From: Octopus sinensis
Lineage: Eukaryota
NCBI RefSeq assembly: GCF_006345805.1
Contig: NC_043005.1
Location: forward strand, 60,264,001-60,328,000
DNA length: 64,000 bases
Direction: 5' to 3'
Shown: piece after piece, positions 1 to 12,150 of the stretch
Layout of the letters: every line of letters begins with the position of its first letter
Numbering within the stretch: the stretch's first letter is position 1
Notes under the pieces: model-generated
The model's database searches: none
What the model was told of the DNA's origin: nothing
The model's input: only the letters and a program-made list of their open reading frames with translations
Position numbers and translations under genes: made by a program

Positions 1-879
1 AAAGGTATGTAAAAGAAAACTAGCGTCCTAAACAAACAGTAATGTGGAGATAAAGGCTCAGTTTCGTCTCAATCTCCGATGTAATTACAAATCTTTTGGC
101 ACATTGTAAAATATAGATATATGAATGTTGCAATTAAAACGATTATCTTTTGTAGATTTGTTTGTTTTCATTAGGTGAAATATTTTTCAGTGAGTTCCAG
201 GATATCGTATCGAAATAGCTATAGTATATAATTGATTATGTGCATGTGTTGAAATGTGAATATCTATGTGTTATTACATTTTCATCTATATGTGTATGTA
301 CGATAGACCAGTTGGGTCTGTTCTTTTGAAAGACTCTCTCCTTCAGTAACTTATTTTCTCATTGCTTGAAACATCTGCAATAAATGTCTTTATATTTAAC
401 AAGCATTCTCTCAACTTGATTTCTTGTTGCGCTTTAACTCTCATACTACTTGAAGGCGATATCAGATTTCAACCAGTACATATTTCTCATATCACACTTT
501 GTTCACGTGCCTGCCCAAATAACAATATCTGAGTAAATATATAAAACATTACAATAGATCTCCTGTCAACTCACAAACATTTTTTATGGAAAATAATAAC
601 AAAACAAGACAAATGTATATCTTTATTTGGAATTGGAATGGATGTAATGCAATTGTACGGAATTACCACACGCTTCAGAGAAAAGCTAAATAATTCTGTG
701 CAAAAGTATTATATAATGCAAAGCAGTTTCGGACACCCCAAACGTGATATTTATCTTTCACAATATTCCTACGCCTCTCGATTTCAGTTTTTTTTTGCAT
801 TAGAGAACGTTAGGATAACACTTACAAACTGGAAAAGTACTCAAGGCTCAAAACACATATACTGAGATGTGCATTACTT

Positions 880-2060
880 TCTGATATTTGAGTTATATTT
901 AGAATTAAAAATGTACTGTCACCGCTTTTCTTTCAAACATTCAGTTTTGGAGATGATGTTTTGATGATAGGTAGTCTTTCGATATTGCAGATCGTCCCGT
1001 GAACATTTGTAAAAGTGACAAAAAAGTGAATTTTCCGTCGCTGAATATTTCCGAATGCTTAATTAATGAAATCTTGCGTAATTCCTCTTGTCGGATATGT
1101 TAACCCTGGATACTTGCACGCTGGCAGAAGGAATTATTTGTTTCGCCAATGTAATTTTTGGGACAGGTAATGCAGTATATGGGGTTTTGCAGTTCATATC
1201 TGCATTTATTTTGAAAAAGGAACCGCTCTTAAATTTTATGTGGGAACCACTTTCTAAATATTTGTATTTGCTATTGTTGTTGCATGTTCCACATCTCATG
1301 TCTCCAATTTCTTTTACTAAGAATTCTGATTCATTCTCTGATTTGAATTCTGCCCTTGTGAGGTGTTTCTTAAGAATTTTGGTTGGCGTCTACTATTCCG
1401 TAATGTGTTTTTTCAATCAGATTTTTCATTTTGGGTTTTTTTAGGAGTATATGTAAGTTTGGTTTTATGGCGTGAAAGATTTTGGTTATTCCAGGACTAT
1501 AAGTGTTAACGAACGGAATCGTGTTTTCAGTAACTTTTTCTTCAGGGGTCCGCAGTTGGGTGATATTCAGTTTCATCGCCTTTTTAATTCCCTCATTAAT
1601 TAATCCTAAGGAGTATTTCTGCATCGTGAGAAAGACTTTGAGTTCGTTGAGTCGGATTCAGCGTATTTTGGTGTCAGTCTTTATAGCATAGATGTGTCTT
1701 GCCATGCTGTATGGAATGTTTCTTTTGATGTGTGATGGATGGCAAGAGTAGAAATTTAAATATTGGTGTGTGTCAGATTTTTGTAAAGTATGTCTGTTGT
1801 GACTATGGAGTTTTGTATTTTTATGTGCATATCCAGGAATGGTAATTCACAGCAACTGGATTCTGTCGCGAGAGATGGGTGAAGTGTGTTCAGTATATTG
1901 TTAAATATACTTAGATATTCATTCGATCTGTCCCAGAAGATGAAGCAATCATCAAGGTGGTGTTTCCACTTTTTAATGATATAATTCTTGTACTCTTGAT
2001 CAACATTTTTTTCTACTTCTTCATAAAGTTTTTCTTCCAAGTATCCCATAACTAAGTTTG
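880..2060 (-). mobile_element. Penelope-like element (PLE), decayed: RT C-terminal half plus GIY-YIG endonuclease
   Basis: Minus-strand fragments KWKHHLDDCFIFW...LNTLHP...ELPFLDMHIKIQ...TDILYK (1756-2049) match the PLE RT YxDD/LPFLD/TDIYxK region. QKYSLGLINEGIKKA...IPFVNTYSPG (1370-1624) is the linker. RCGTC...MNCK followed by frameshifted IYCITCPKNYIGE (~1140-1290) is GIY-YIG-like. Multiple frameshifts. Confidence 0.85.
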
Positions 2061-2207
2061 CATATAAGTGATCAGACCGCGTAACATAACCGTGCTCTTT
2101 ATCTGTCGAAATGTTGTATTGTCGAATCTAAAGTACTATGCGTGTGGCCTAGGTGATGAAGTCTTGAATGCTTCAAGACTGACTTCATCACCAAGTCCTC
2201 TATGCTT

Positions 2208-2251
2208 CTCTAAGCACTGTTGGCGACAAACACAGAGACAAAGATACACAC

Positions 2252-2310
<59 letters not shown>

Positions 2311-2477
2311 CACGATTGTCTTCTTTCAGTTTCCATCTGCCAAACCCACTCACAAGGCTTTGGTTGGCCCGAGGCTATAGTAGAAGACACTTGCCCTAGG
2401 TGTCATGCAGTGGAACTGAACCCAGAACCCGGCTTTTTACCAGAACCAGACATTTTTACCAGACAGCCACCTTTGTG

Positions 2478-2480
<3 letters not shown>
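2208..2480 (-). mobile_element. tRNA-derived CORE-type SINE, 3'-truncated, with internal (TA)n expansion
   Basis: Minus strand reads gtggctgtctggta (box A-like)...gggttcagttcc (box B-like)...acctagggcaagtgtcttc (CORE-like)...cagatggaaactgaaagaag-(TA)n-tgtgtttgtc. Colinear with the copy at 44490-44868. Confidence 0.8.
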
Positions 2481-2515
<35 letters not shown>

Positions 2516-3099
2516 CATGTGTGTGTGCGTGCGCGCGCGTGTGTGTATGTGTATATATATATATATGCATGTACATGGATATTTTTGCGATTATCGTATC
2601 TATTTCTTTTAATTTCAGTTAAGAAAACAAGATTGTACCTAAATAATATATCGTTCGCTATTAAAAGTTTGATGGAGCTTGGAAGGTTTCCGTCGTTTTA
2701 ATGTTTTTTTGATGAGAAAGATTTATGTTATGCTATCATCATTTCAGAGCGGCAAAAATCTGTGTTCTAGCGTTTCTGTTTAACTGAGCTGAAGATTTCT
2801 TTTCCAGTATTTACCAAATGTAAATTTCATTTGAAGCAGTAGAAATATTTTTGACGGAGTAGCTTATATTACTTTCTCTCTTAGAAGAGTGCGTCACGAT
2901 ATCAAGTATTTATATATCGCAATTCATTAGAACGATATCGTAATATGAAATGTTTCGTATGTATTTTTAGTAAATCGGTGAAACTACTGCGCTGTACGTG
3001 CTTATATCTACATATATAATTTTAGCTATATATATTTCTATAGTATCTCAAAACATGTAGAGATATTGGTAACTTGCTATGTATATCATAATACTTTAT

Positions 3100-3850
3100 G
3101 AATATAGAAACATGTCTCCACATTTTCGATCATATGTTTGTTACTCAAATGATAGGGTTTTCAATATTTATAGAAACTCATACTATATCCTCTCACTTCT
3201 ATATTACAACACGCATGTATTGTTTGACGCAGCATGGACGAAATTTCGATACATTTTCTTCCCAATCACGAGTTCCTTCGTTCGATTGCATCGTGTGGCC
3301 TCTTGAGCAGTGCCTTTTACTATTGAATCGGACCCATCGGAATGTTGTGAACCATCTTCTTAGAAGATGGATTTACATCTACCTTATAGGACAAGTTTTG
3401 TCAAATGCTATGACACCCTGCTTTACTAATTCGTACGTTGATGGTTCAATTTTCGATGAAATATTCAAATTTTCAGATTTGTTTCGGATTGATTTTAAGT
3501 GGGTCTCGTGTTGTTCATGGAACAAGTGAAATCTCATCGTCAAAATGAATGGAATATATATTCATTCTAAGGTCAGACATCGATTCCAATGTTTTGCAGT
3601 ATATAGGTGACACTTCCATACTACATAACAAGACATTCTTTAGAAAATGTACTACAACTCGGATATCGTATGCGTGTGTAATAGTCTTTTTCCCTTCTGA
3701 AACTAAAGAATATGTCAGAGTGGAGTACATTCTTCAAAGAAATTGACCCAACACATCCACCATAAATTGTGGATTTGGATCAATGATACATATCTGAACT
3801 ACGTTCATAGTGAACCGATACAAAGGTGTATTTGAGCTCTTTTTTAGCAA
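3100..3850 (-). pseudogene. Possible highly decayed DNA transposase (MULE-like) remnant
   Basis: Non-repetitive coding-like stretch. Minus-strand VVVHFLKNV resembles the MULE C/H-x-x-H-L-x-x-N motif. Many stops; weak by-eye match only. Confidence 0.2.
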
Positions 3851-6334
3851 TTTTACATCGTTAATGTATCTAAGACAATGAGAAAAGTCAAGGCTAAATA
3901 TGTTCCCTGCCTGCTAAAATTTTGTTGCGTCATATTGTAATTCACCACATCTATTTTCATGATAATATACGGAATAACAGAGAAATAGTGTTATTGTTTC
4001 TAAGCTCCAGTCCTAGATGAGATTGTCTTTTAATTTATTCCCCTTGCGACAAACATATATTTGACTGTGATGATGAGAGTCAATTTAACTGAATATATTC
4101 TAGTCATGTAAATATAATCTTCCTTCCAGTAACAATGCAATAAATCTTTGTTAACTTTATTACGACACCAAAACCCAGTATCATTGATTTGACCAAATAT
4201 ATGTATACAAACAGATGAATAAGCATTTCGAACACTGGTACAAAAATTGTCCTCAAGGGAGAAACATTTAGATGATTGAATTTAATTTTTCCATAAAATA
4301 CACACTTCGGCACAAGAATTATATATATAAACAGTGTTGCCGTTTCTATATTCTTATAAATAGTTCCACAACTCCTAGGTATTTGAGTAGGAGGTGCCTT
4401 CCAGTTGATGTTGGACATGTTGACGTCGTCTAGAGACATGATATGAAGAATAAATAATACGACGTGTAAATATATCCCAATAGATGTCTTACTACTTCTA
4501 TTTAACGTTAACATGAAATTATATTTGATAATTCATAGCTTGAGAGATGACAAATTACTCAGAAAATTCACACAGGACCTTCGTCTATAGAAAAATCAAT
4601 AGTGCTGTTAGTGTTCAAGCGTTGAGAAAAATTTAATATTAATGAATGAAATTATATTTCAATTATTCCTAAAAGTACTATTAACAACCACGAATATGAT
4701 TCGGTCTAAGTACATTTTCTAAACGAAGAAAAATATTGAGTGCATTTCCCTAAGCAGAGATAAGAGGTTACAAATTAAATGTACAATATTATACCGGAAA
4801 GGACATTTAAATTAGCATAATAAGGAGAATGAACTAGAAAACAAAATAACTCAAAGAGGACATGTACCTATAATACACATTAATATGAGCAGTTTTTTCC
4901 AAATCTATAAAACCTTAATATATGTAAATTTATGAGTAACATAATCCTCCATTTACGCAAAGTCTACGTTGCAAATGTACAAATACTTAAATTAGTTTAC
5001 AAATCTCGATCAATATTACCTCTCATAGTTTGTCTAATGTATTTAGAAAAACCGAATTTCGAGATTCTTATACATAATCCAGTAATATAAAATTTCATTA
5101 CGTTAATATTTAAATACCTAACGACAGGAGCTGATAAACAAATATGTTATTCAACTCTTTTCTTGATAATTATGTTTCATATTTATTAATGAGCTTTCCG
5201 TAACTAACGTTACCAAGATGAACTTCAATAAAATCTAACGAAAACATTTTCAATTCTCTGAGAACTTAAGAACTTTTTTGAAATACGTAACCATCACAAT
5301 GTATCTGCTGCCCTCTCTTAAAGAATATAAGGGATTGTCGCAAATATGTGGAAGCAAAGAATAATTTTAATATAAAATCTCAAAAGTCCCTATATATTTA
5401 TATAAATAGCATAGTAAAAAGTATACTGAAGTAGCTGTTTCATAGTTCGTGTTCACCAATAAACATTTAAACAAGGCACTTTATATATTTCCGGTGTGAG
5501 GACAGAAATGAAAAAGGATCTTATCTGATAGCTTTCTAATTTTGTCCAAGTTACTATGCATAAATACAGGAGTCAGTGTACGCACGTGAAAGGGTGTATA
5601 TTTATTTGCATGTAATAGTAGAAATGGAATATTTACGATGAGGAATAAAATACTCAGTGATCCACTGCAATAAACCATTCTCATAAGAATTTTCACGTTC
5701 TGTTTAGTATTCACAACCCGAAATAAATCACAAAATTTTGCTTCAGCAAGAAATAAAGAACAACGATGCATTTAGAAAAAAAACATTTGGTCGTGAATTT
5801 GGTTTAAATAGGTACATATATTTAAACTCATCATTATAATCCCGAACGTTCTTACACCTGATCCCTTTTGAATTTTCTTAGTCTTTTCAGAAATTGTGGT
5901 TGTATTTCCTCTTAAACAGTCTTCGTTACGTTTTCTGTTTTTGATAAATAGGATCATTTGAGACAACCTATCTTTCCACAAATTGCCTGAATATATTTTG
6001 TCTGACCAAAAACATTTTGAAGTGAATTTCGAGCATATACATATAACAAAAAATAAAAGCATGTATATTGACTTGCTGTAGATTGCCCATATTCAGACCA
6101 CTTCAGGACGACGGTCTCAGCCTGTTACTTCCACCTAAACACAGTCGCATGCGAAAGTCGTGAATTTAACTTAACTTCATACTACTTGGCGATTTTTTTC
6201 TGCCACACTGGCGCGACATGAATTGGTAGACGGACACAATTTTTATACTGATACCTAGGGATAGTTAAATCGATCGCAGCGATCTCAGTGTCCAACTGAT
6301 ACTTATACTATCGGCACCGAACTAAGAAAGAAAC

Positions 6335-6397
6335 GACGAACAAAATAACGCTAAGACTTTCGTCCGGTGTGCTAACGATTCTACTAGCACACCGCCT
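6335..6397 (-). mobile_element. SINE head fragment (family of 16507-16738)
   Basis: Minus strand aggcggtgtgctagtagaatcgttagcacaccggacgaaagtcttagc aligns with the 5' head of the 16507-16738 element. Confidence 0.6.
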
Positions 6398-6567
6398 ATA
6401 TATACCCATGTACATATACATGTATATACACACACACACACACAAACACACACATATATATATATAATATAGGATAAAGTTTTTCGAAAAAAATTTATCA
6501 ATGGCCAGCATATTGCAAAATACCTTTAAAGGTTAAATTTATAAACAATTTATTAACAATTATAAGT

Positions 6568-6569
<2 letters not shown>

Positions 6570-6632
<63 letters not shown>

Positions 6633-6780
6633 ACACACACCTATGTAATACCAACAATATTACTACTACTAGCAGCAGCAGCAGCAGCAGTAGTAGTAAT
6701 TGTAGCAGCAGCAGCAGTAGCACTAGTAGTAGTAGTAGTGGTAGTAGTAGTAGTAGTAGTAGCAGCAGCAGCAGCAGTAT
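6570..6780. repeat. (TA)n followed by mosaic (GTA/GCA)n microsatellite
   Basis: Directly visible simple repeats. Confidence 0.95.
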
Positions 6781-8254
6781 TTGGAACTAGATATCTGAAG
6801 ACGTTGACTTCACATTGGTAACGCTGAATTGGGTTAACTTCCAGACTTTAGTTTGTGTGTACCTATTCACGTGAGGCATCTGTACGCTGGTAGGTAATAC
6901 ATCCCTGTGTATGCATATTATTGCGTAAGAGTACAACTAAACATGTATGTGAGAGTATTTGCACACACACATTATATATACCGACATTTTGAATTTATTT
7001 CATTATTTCCTAGTTTTGCCTTTGTAGCATTGAGCACCAAACGCCATATATATTTTTGTATCTCAATGTGATATAACCGGACAAACATCCACTTGGTTAT
7101 ATGTCTTACAGAATCTACTTAGTAATGTGTATGTATGTATGCTTGCTTGCATTCGTGTGCGTGCGTGTGTCTGTGTGTGTATCTGTGTCTGTGTGTGTTT
7201 TTGTGGGTCTGTTTATGTCGAGTTGATTAACTGGGATACATTCGTCTCATTTTATGTGGATCTTAAAGCTTATAGCTAAGTAACTAATTCCATTTCGTGA
7301 ATTTTACAGCGTATCACAAATAGATAATAAATAAATAAATAAACAAAAGCGATTTTTAATTCGGTCGGTACCTGATTTATATGCAACTACGTAACCAACT
7401 ACAATATATTAAGCAGAAAATAGGGTAGGCTGCTTCTGAGCCAGCTTGGATAAATTGCACTGAACGAAATTTCTGTACAGTAGATAATTGTCAACCTGAG
7501 CGGTAGAACTAATAGTATTTTCTGTTAGCATTTTGTACAGAAATTACCTTACAGTTTTATTCCTCAATAAATAGTCATGCCTTAAATCCGAATTATAATC
7601 ACCTACAACTTAATGGTCTGAGTGCTGTGAGTTGTTCTTCGATTAAACCTGTTCAATATATTAACTAGTAAGTACATGAATATATTTTTACCCATTAAAG
7701 CCTCTAAGAATTTTGTTCATTCTCTAGCATTTTATAGGAAATTCACAACCACATAAGACGAATGCTAGATCACTTGATAAGTAAAAGAAAGCCACTCCTT
7801 CCAGTATAGTTGCTAGAGGCAAACAAATGTTATTTACTAGTGAATATCCCAGAAGAATGTTCGGTTTTGTCGCGCAGCAATGAGAAAAGCGCGCGATAGA
7901 ATTCCAAACATTAGAGAAGGCAGTAACAATATTTACTAGGATGTGACGCATAGATACGTACTTCCCATTTCAATTCATCCCACTATTATATAGCATGCCC
8001 TTATTGATTACCTTTTACAATTGCATGTTCGCTAGATTTGTAATTTACACTTCGATTAATATTGAATGAAATATAAGGCAACTGAGTTTATGCAAATTTT
8101 ATTAATACATAACTAATAATGAATCTAATATCCTGTTGCATACAGTGCTCCAAATTCTCAACCGCGACGGGAAACATTACGCTCATTTAAAACAAAATAT
8201 CATGAAATGTACCTACCCTACCTACCCAACCTGGTGAATTTCTGAGATTTCTTA

Positions 8255-8384
8255 GAACCATATATATATATATATACATGTATATATATATATGTTATAT
8301 ATATATGAATATATGTATATATATATATATATATACATATATATTATATATATATATATATACTCATATGATTTATATATACAC

Positions 8385-8421
<37 letters not shown>

Positions 8422-8823
8422 TATTTATTTACATATGCACGGTATCCATGTTTCATTCATATATGTATGATATATGCTTATCTATAAGCACCATTACTTA
8501 ATTACGTAATTCCAGCGTCACTAAGATTTGCACACCGCAGTATAATTGTTATTTGTTGTTTATATATAACAGCAGTTCTTAGCAGACTATGAACGACAAT
8601 TTTAGTATCTGTTACTAATGATAAGTACCTACGCAGAAATACATGTCTTATAACCAGTAATGTCATTTATAGTTCAGGTGTATGTAATTTTACACACATT
8701 ATTCATAATTATTTGTTAGTAGAATTTCTCTTCCCCGACAGTTACCAGAGCAAGAGATTTTCAAGTTTGAGCGCACATAAACACATAAATTTATATGTAC
8801 CCAAATATATACGTGTATACATG

Positions 8824-8855
<32 letters not shown>

Positions 8856-8963
8856 CGTGTGTGTGTTTTTGTGTATGTATGCTTCAATATACGTATATAT
8901 ATATGCGTGTGTGTATTTGTATTTTGTAATGCGATGTGTCTGTTGGTGAGTATATATATAATA

Positions 8964-9007
<44 letters not shown>

Positions 9008-9046
9008 ATATATATATATATATATATATAATATATCTATATATAT
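8255..9046. repeat. Cluster of (TA)n/(TG)n microsatellites
   Basis: Directly visible: 8260-8420, 8820-8870, 8950-9046. Confidence 0.9.
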
Positions 9047-9047
9047 G

Positions 9048-9270
9048 AGTGAAAGAATTGAGTTGAACGACGATTTAACAAAATTCCTTTATTCTCGACG
9101 TATGTTTCGAAGACTGCCTATTCCAATTCGAAGAATAAGGGGTGCATTATGCCGCCTTCTCATCAGAAAGACTAGGAACTTATATCAGCATCATGATGAA
9201 CAAAAACTTTTAGATGACTGCCCACACGGAGTCCATAGCGATAATTATCGCTCAACTCCATTCTTTCACT
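9048..9270. mobile_element. Short module bounded by 23-bp inverted repeats and containing the hammerhead; probably a truncated PLE pLTR insertion
   Basis: 9048-9070 (agtgaaagaattgagttgaacga) and 9248-9270 (tcgctcaactccattctttcact) are reverse complements at 21/23. The module abuts a (TA)n tract. Confidence 0.55.
9082..9180 (-). ncRNA. Candidate type I hammerhead ribozyme
   Basis: Minus strand: agttcct-agtc-ttt CTGATGA gaaggc [39-nt insert with inner hairpin] gtcttc GAAA c-atac-g TC / gag-aataa-aggaatt. All core nucleotides present. Stem II 6 bp. Stem I 3 bp plus internal loop plus 7 bp. Predicted GUC cleavage between 9097 and 9096. Confidence 0.7.
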
Positions 9271-10826
9271 TATTTGTATTAAAAAAAAAACACACAAATT
9301 TCCACACGAAAGCACGTGATCTCTGCCCTTGGCATGTAGCTTCAACCGTGTTTTTCTGACGTGATTTTGCTACCCGGGTATCGGTTAACCGAATTATCCA
9401 TACTAGGATAATTAATTCAACTACTTAAATATATATATATATATATCTGTCTGTATTTATGTATGTATTTCGTTTTGTTTTTGGTTAGCAAGATACTTTA
9501 TGTCAGTTCGTTTATTGAAGTATATTTTATTGTGTCTAGGGAGATTCATTCTGTTTTAATGCCTTATTAATTAACGCATTCATGGGTTCGATTTCCACTC
9601 ACTTTTTTTTCTCTAAAACCTTCGTTCTTCTTGGAGCCTTTTCAATAGACGCTGACTCTGTCCGTTATCGGAGCTGCGATGTTTTTTTTTCTTTGTTTGT
9701 TTGTGCGCATTTGTGTGCGTCAATGTATATGTGTATGCAACTAGGAATGTATGTGTGTATGTATATATGCGCATGTGTGTATGTATATATATATGTATGC
9801 GTATGTGTACGTTGGTATGTATGTATTCTGTATATTCCTGTGTTCAGGTGTGTGTGTTTTTATGTGTGTGTATGTATGTTTGTGTGTGTGTTTGTGTTAC
9901 CTCTGTTCCCTTGCATGTGCACGTTTGTGTGTGTGTTTACACGTATGGGTTTGCGGGACAATGTACTTGCGTCATTTATGTATCGATGTGTGTTTTCATA
10001 TATGTTCATGTGTGTGTGTGTGAATTGTGCATTGTGTATATGGGCATGTGTTTCAGTCTTCTTTAGTGTATGTATGTGTGTATGTACGTGCTTGTCTGTC
10101 CGCATTACCTATGAAATACGTCTACATAATAGCCTACAAACAAATCTGCCTGTGTATGTATATAAAGTGGGTATTGACATATTACTACCTTCTACTATAT
10201 CTTCTATTTTGTAATAGGCATGTTTCATTTATGAGGACGCACTCTTGTATTTGTCTGAGTGTTGGTTCCTTCGGGTACTTGGATAAAATGCGGTTGTCAA
10301 TTCGACACCATATTAGTCTTTGGCATGTTGGTAGAGTATGGAGGACTGTGTTTTGTTCACATATTGTCTCAAATGTGCAGTTAGCCTCTACACAATGCTT
10401 CTAGATGTCTCACCAATGTATGTTATATAAGGTACACGCACAAATACACACATATTCACACACATACAAACACACAAGCATGAATACACAAACAGATGAA
10501 TATGCAGAATACATGCATATATGCATACTCATACGCACACGCACACTTACATATATAAATACATACACACATACATGCATATATGCATACATATCTGTAT
10601 ACACATGCACAGTGACGCACACATATGTGCAAAAACAAGCAAATAAAAACAATGCTGCTTCGATAACGACTATTGAACAGGCTGGAAGAAACAAAGAAAA
10701 TCTTAGAAAAAATAAGTCAGTAAATAAGAGGAAATCAAACCGGTGAGTGTATTAATTGATTAGGCATTAAAACAGATTTACTCTCCCCAGACACATTGAT
10801 ATATATATATATATATATATATATGG

Positions 10827-10859
<33 letters not shown>

Positions 10860-11008
10860 TGTGTGTGTGTGTATACACGTATGTATATATATTTTATATA
10901 TATATACATATATATATATATGTATCGCATATATATATTCATATGTATAAACATTAAATATATGTTTATATGTATGTATATATGTATTATATAAATATAT
11001 ATACAGGT

Positions 11009-11054
<46 letters not shown>

Positions 11055-11100
11055 TGTAATATATATAATGTATATGTAAAAAAATACATCCTTTGTCGAG

Positions 11101-11294
11101 TGTAGTTCATGACTTTGGGCTTGGTATACAGACAGACACACAAATATATTATACATATATTATACATATATATGTATGTATATATGAGATGTGCGCGCGT
11201 GTGTACGTATAAGTATATATATAGATATATAATATATATATTATATATATATTTGTGTGTCTGTGTTTGTACCAGCCCAAAGTCATGAACTACA
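11101..11294. repeat. Fold-back / MITE-like element with ~47-bp imperfect inverted arms around a TA-rich spacer
   Basis: tgtagttcatgactttgggcttggtatacagacagacacacaaatat (from 11101) versus atatttgtgtgtctgtgtttgtaccagcccaaagtcatgaactaca (to 11294). Confidence 0.7.
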
Positions 11295-11725
11295 TCTCCA
11301 CAAATTTCGACCACGTTACGCGGGAATGATACGCTTGACCAGCCATCAAAGAACTCCACAACTTTTAGAGCGCCTTTCAATCAAACGCCATTTTGATCTT
11401 CCCGTTTATTCTGCGTATTTGATTTTTTGCATTCTTTACCTACCACTCCCCGAATATATACCACCCATCACATCTCATAAATGAATTGTGAACTATTGAT
11501 TTGTTCACCCTTCTATTGTATACGGATCAAGCAATTCCTCCTGCTCTTTACACTTTCGTTCACATTTTTTGTTCGTGCAGGGCATTTAAGAGAAACTTCT
11601 TTATATACTCATATATGAAAAAATCATACCGCTTGGAGAAAAGATTTACATTAAAAACAATTTTCTTAGATTTTTTTGTTCCTTCTTAAATTCTGCTTGG
11701 CAATGTTCTCACATGATCCTTAAAA

Positions 11726-11778
<53 letters not shown>

Positions 11779-11780
11779 GT

Positions 11781-12150
11781 GGAGGCGCAATGGCCCAGTG
11801 GTTAGGGCAGCGGACTCGCGGTCGTAGGATCGCGGTTTCGATTCCCAGACCGGGCGTTGTGAGTGTTTATTGAGCGAAACACATAAAGCTCCACGAGGCT
11901 CCGGCAGGGATGGTGTGATCCCAGCTGTACTCTTTCACCACACTTTCTCTCACTCTTACTTCCTGTTCTGTTGTACCTATATTTCAAAGGGCCGCCTTGT
12001 CCACTCTGTGTAACGCTGAATGTCCCCGAGAACTACGTTAAGGGTACACGTGTCTGTGGAGTGCTCAGCCACTTACACGTTAATTTCCTGAGCAGGCTGT
12101 TCTGTTGATCGGATCAACCGGAACCCTCGTCGTCGTAACCGACGGAGTTC
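11781..12150 (+). mobile_element. Near full-length tRNA-derived SINE inserted in (ATT)n
   Basis: Box A TGGCCCAGTGG (11791-11801), box B-like GGTTTCGATTCC (11834-11845), GC-rich head. (ATT)n on both sides (11731-11778 and ~12161-12195). Confidence 0.9.

Noticed and set aside
2068-2701. ORFs rich in YI/CV/TH dipeptide runs here and throughout the window (e.g. 6567, 8278, 8835, 9582, 10778, 25413, 59717)
   Set aside because: They are translations of (TA)n, (TG)n and (CA)n microsatellites, which lack stop codons; not genes.
4104-6062. ORFs at 4104, 5481 and 5772 as TE or host coding sequence
   Set aside because: No motif could be supported; probably very old TE debris.
7724-7951. Hydrophobic 75-aa ORF vaguely like GPCR TM1-TM2
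   Set aside because: The conserved GN and LAxxD residues are absent, and hydrophobic ORFs are expected on T-rich strands.
11781-11860. tRNA gene (also 58796-58865)
   Set aside because: Box A/B are present, but there is no closing acceptor stem and the sequence continues into a SINE body.
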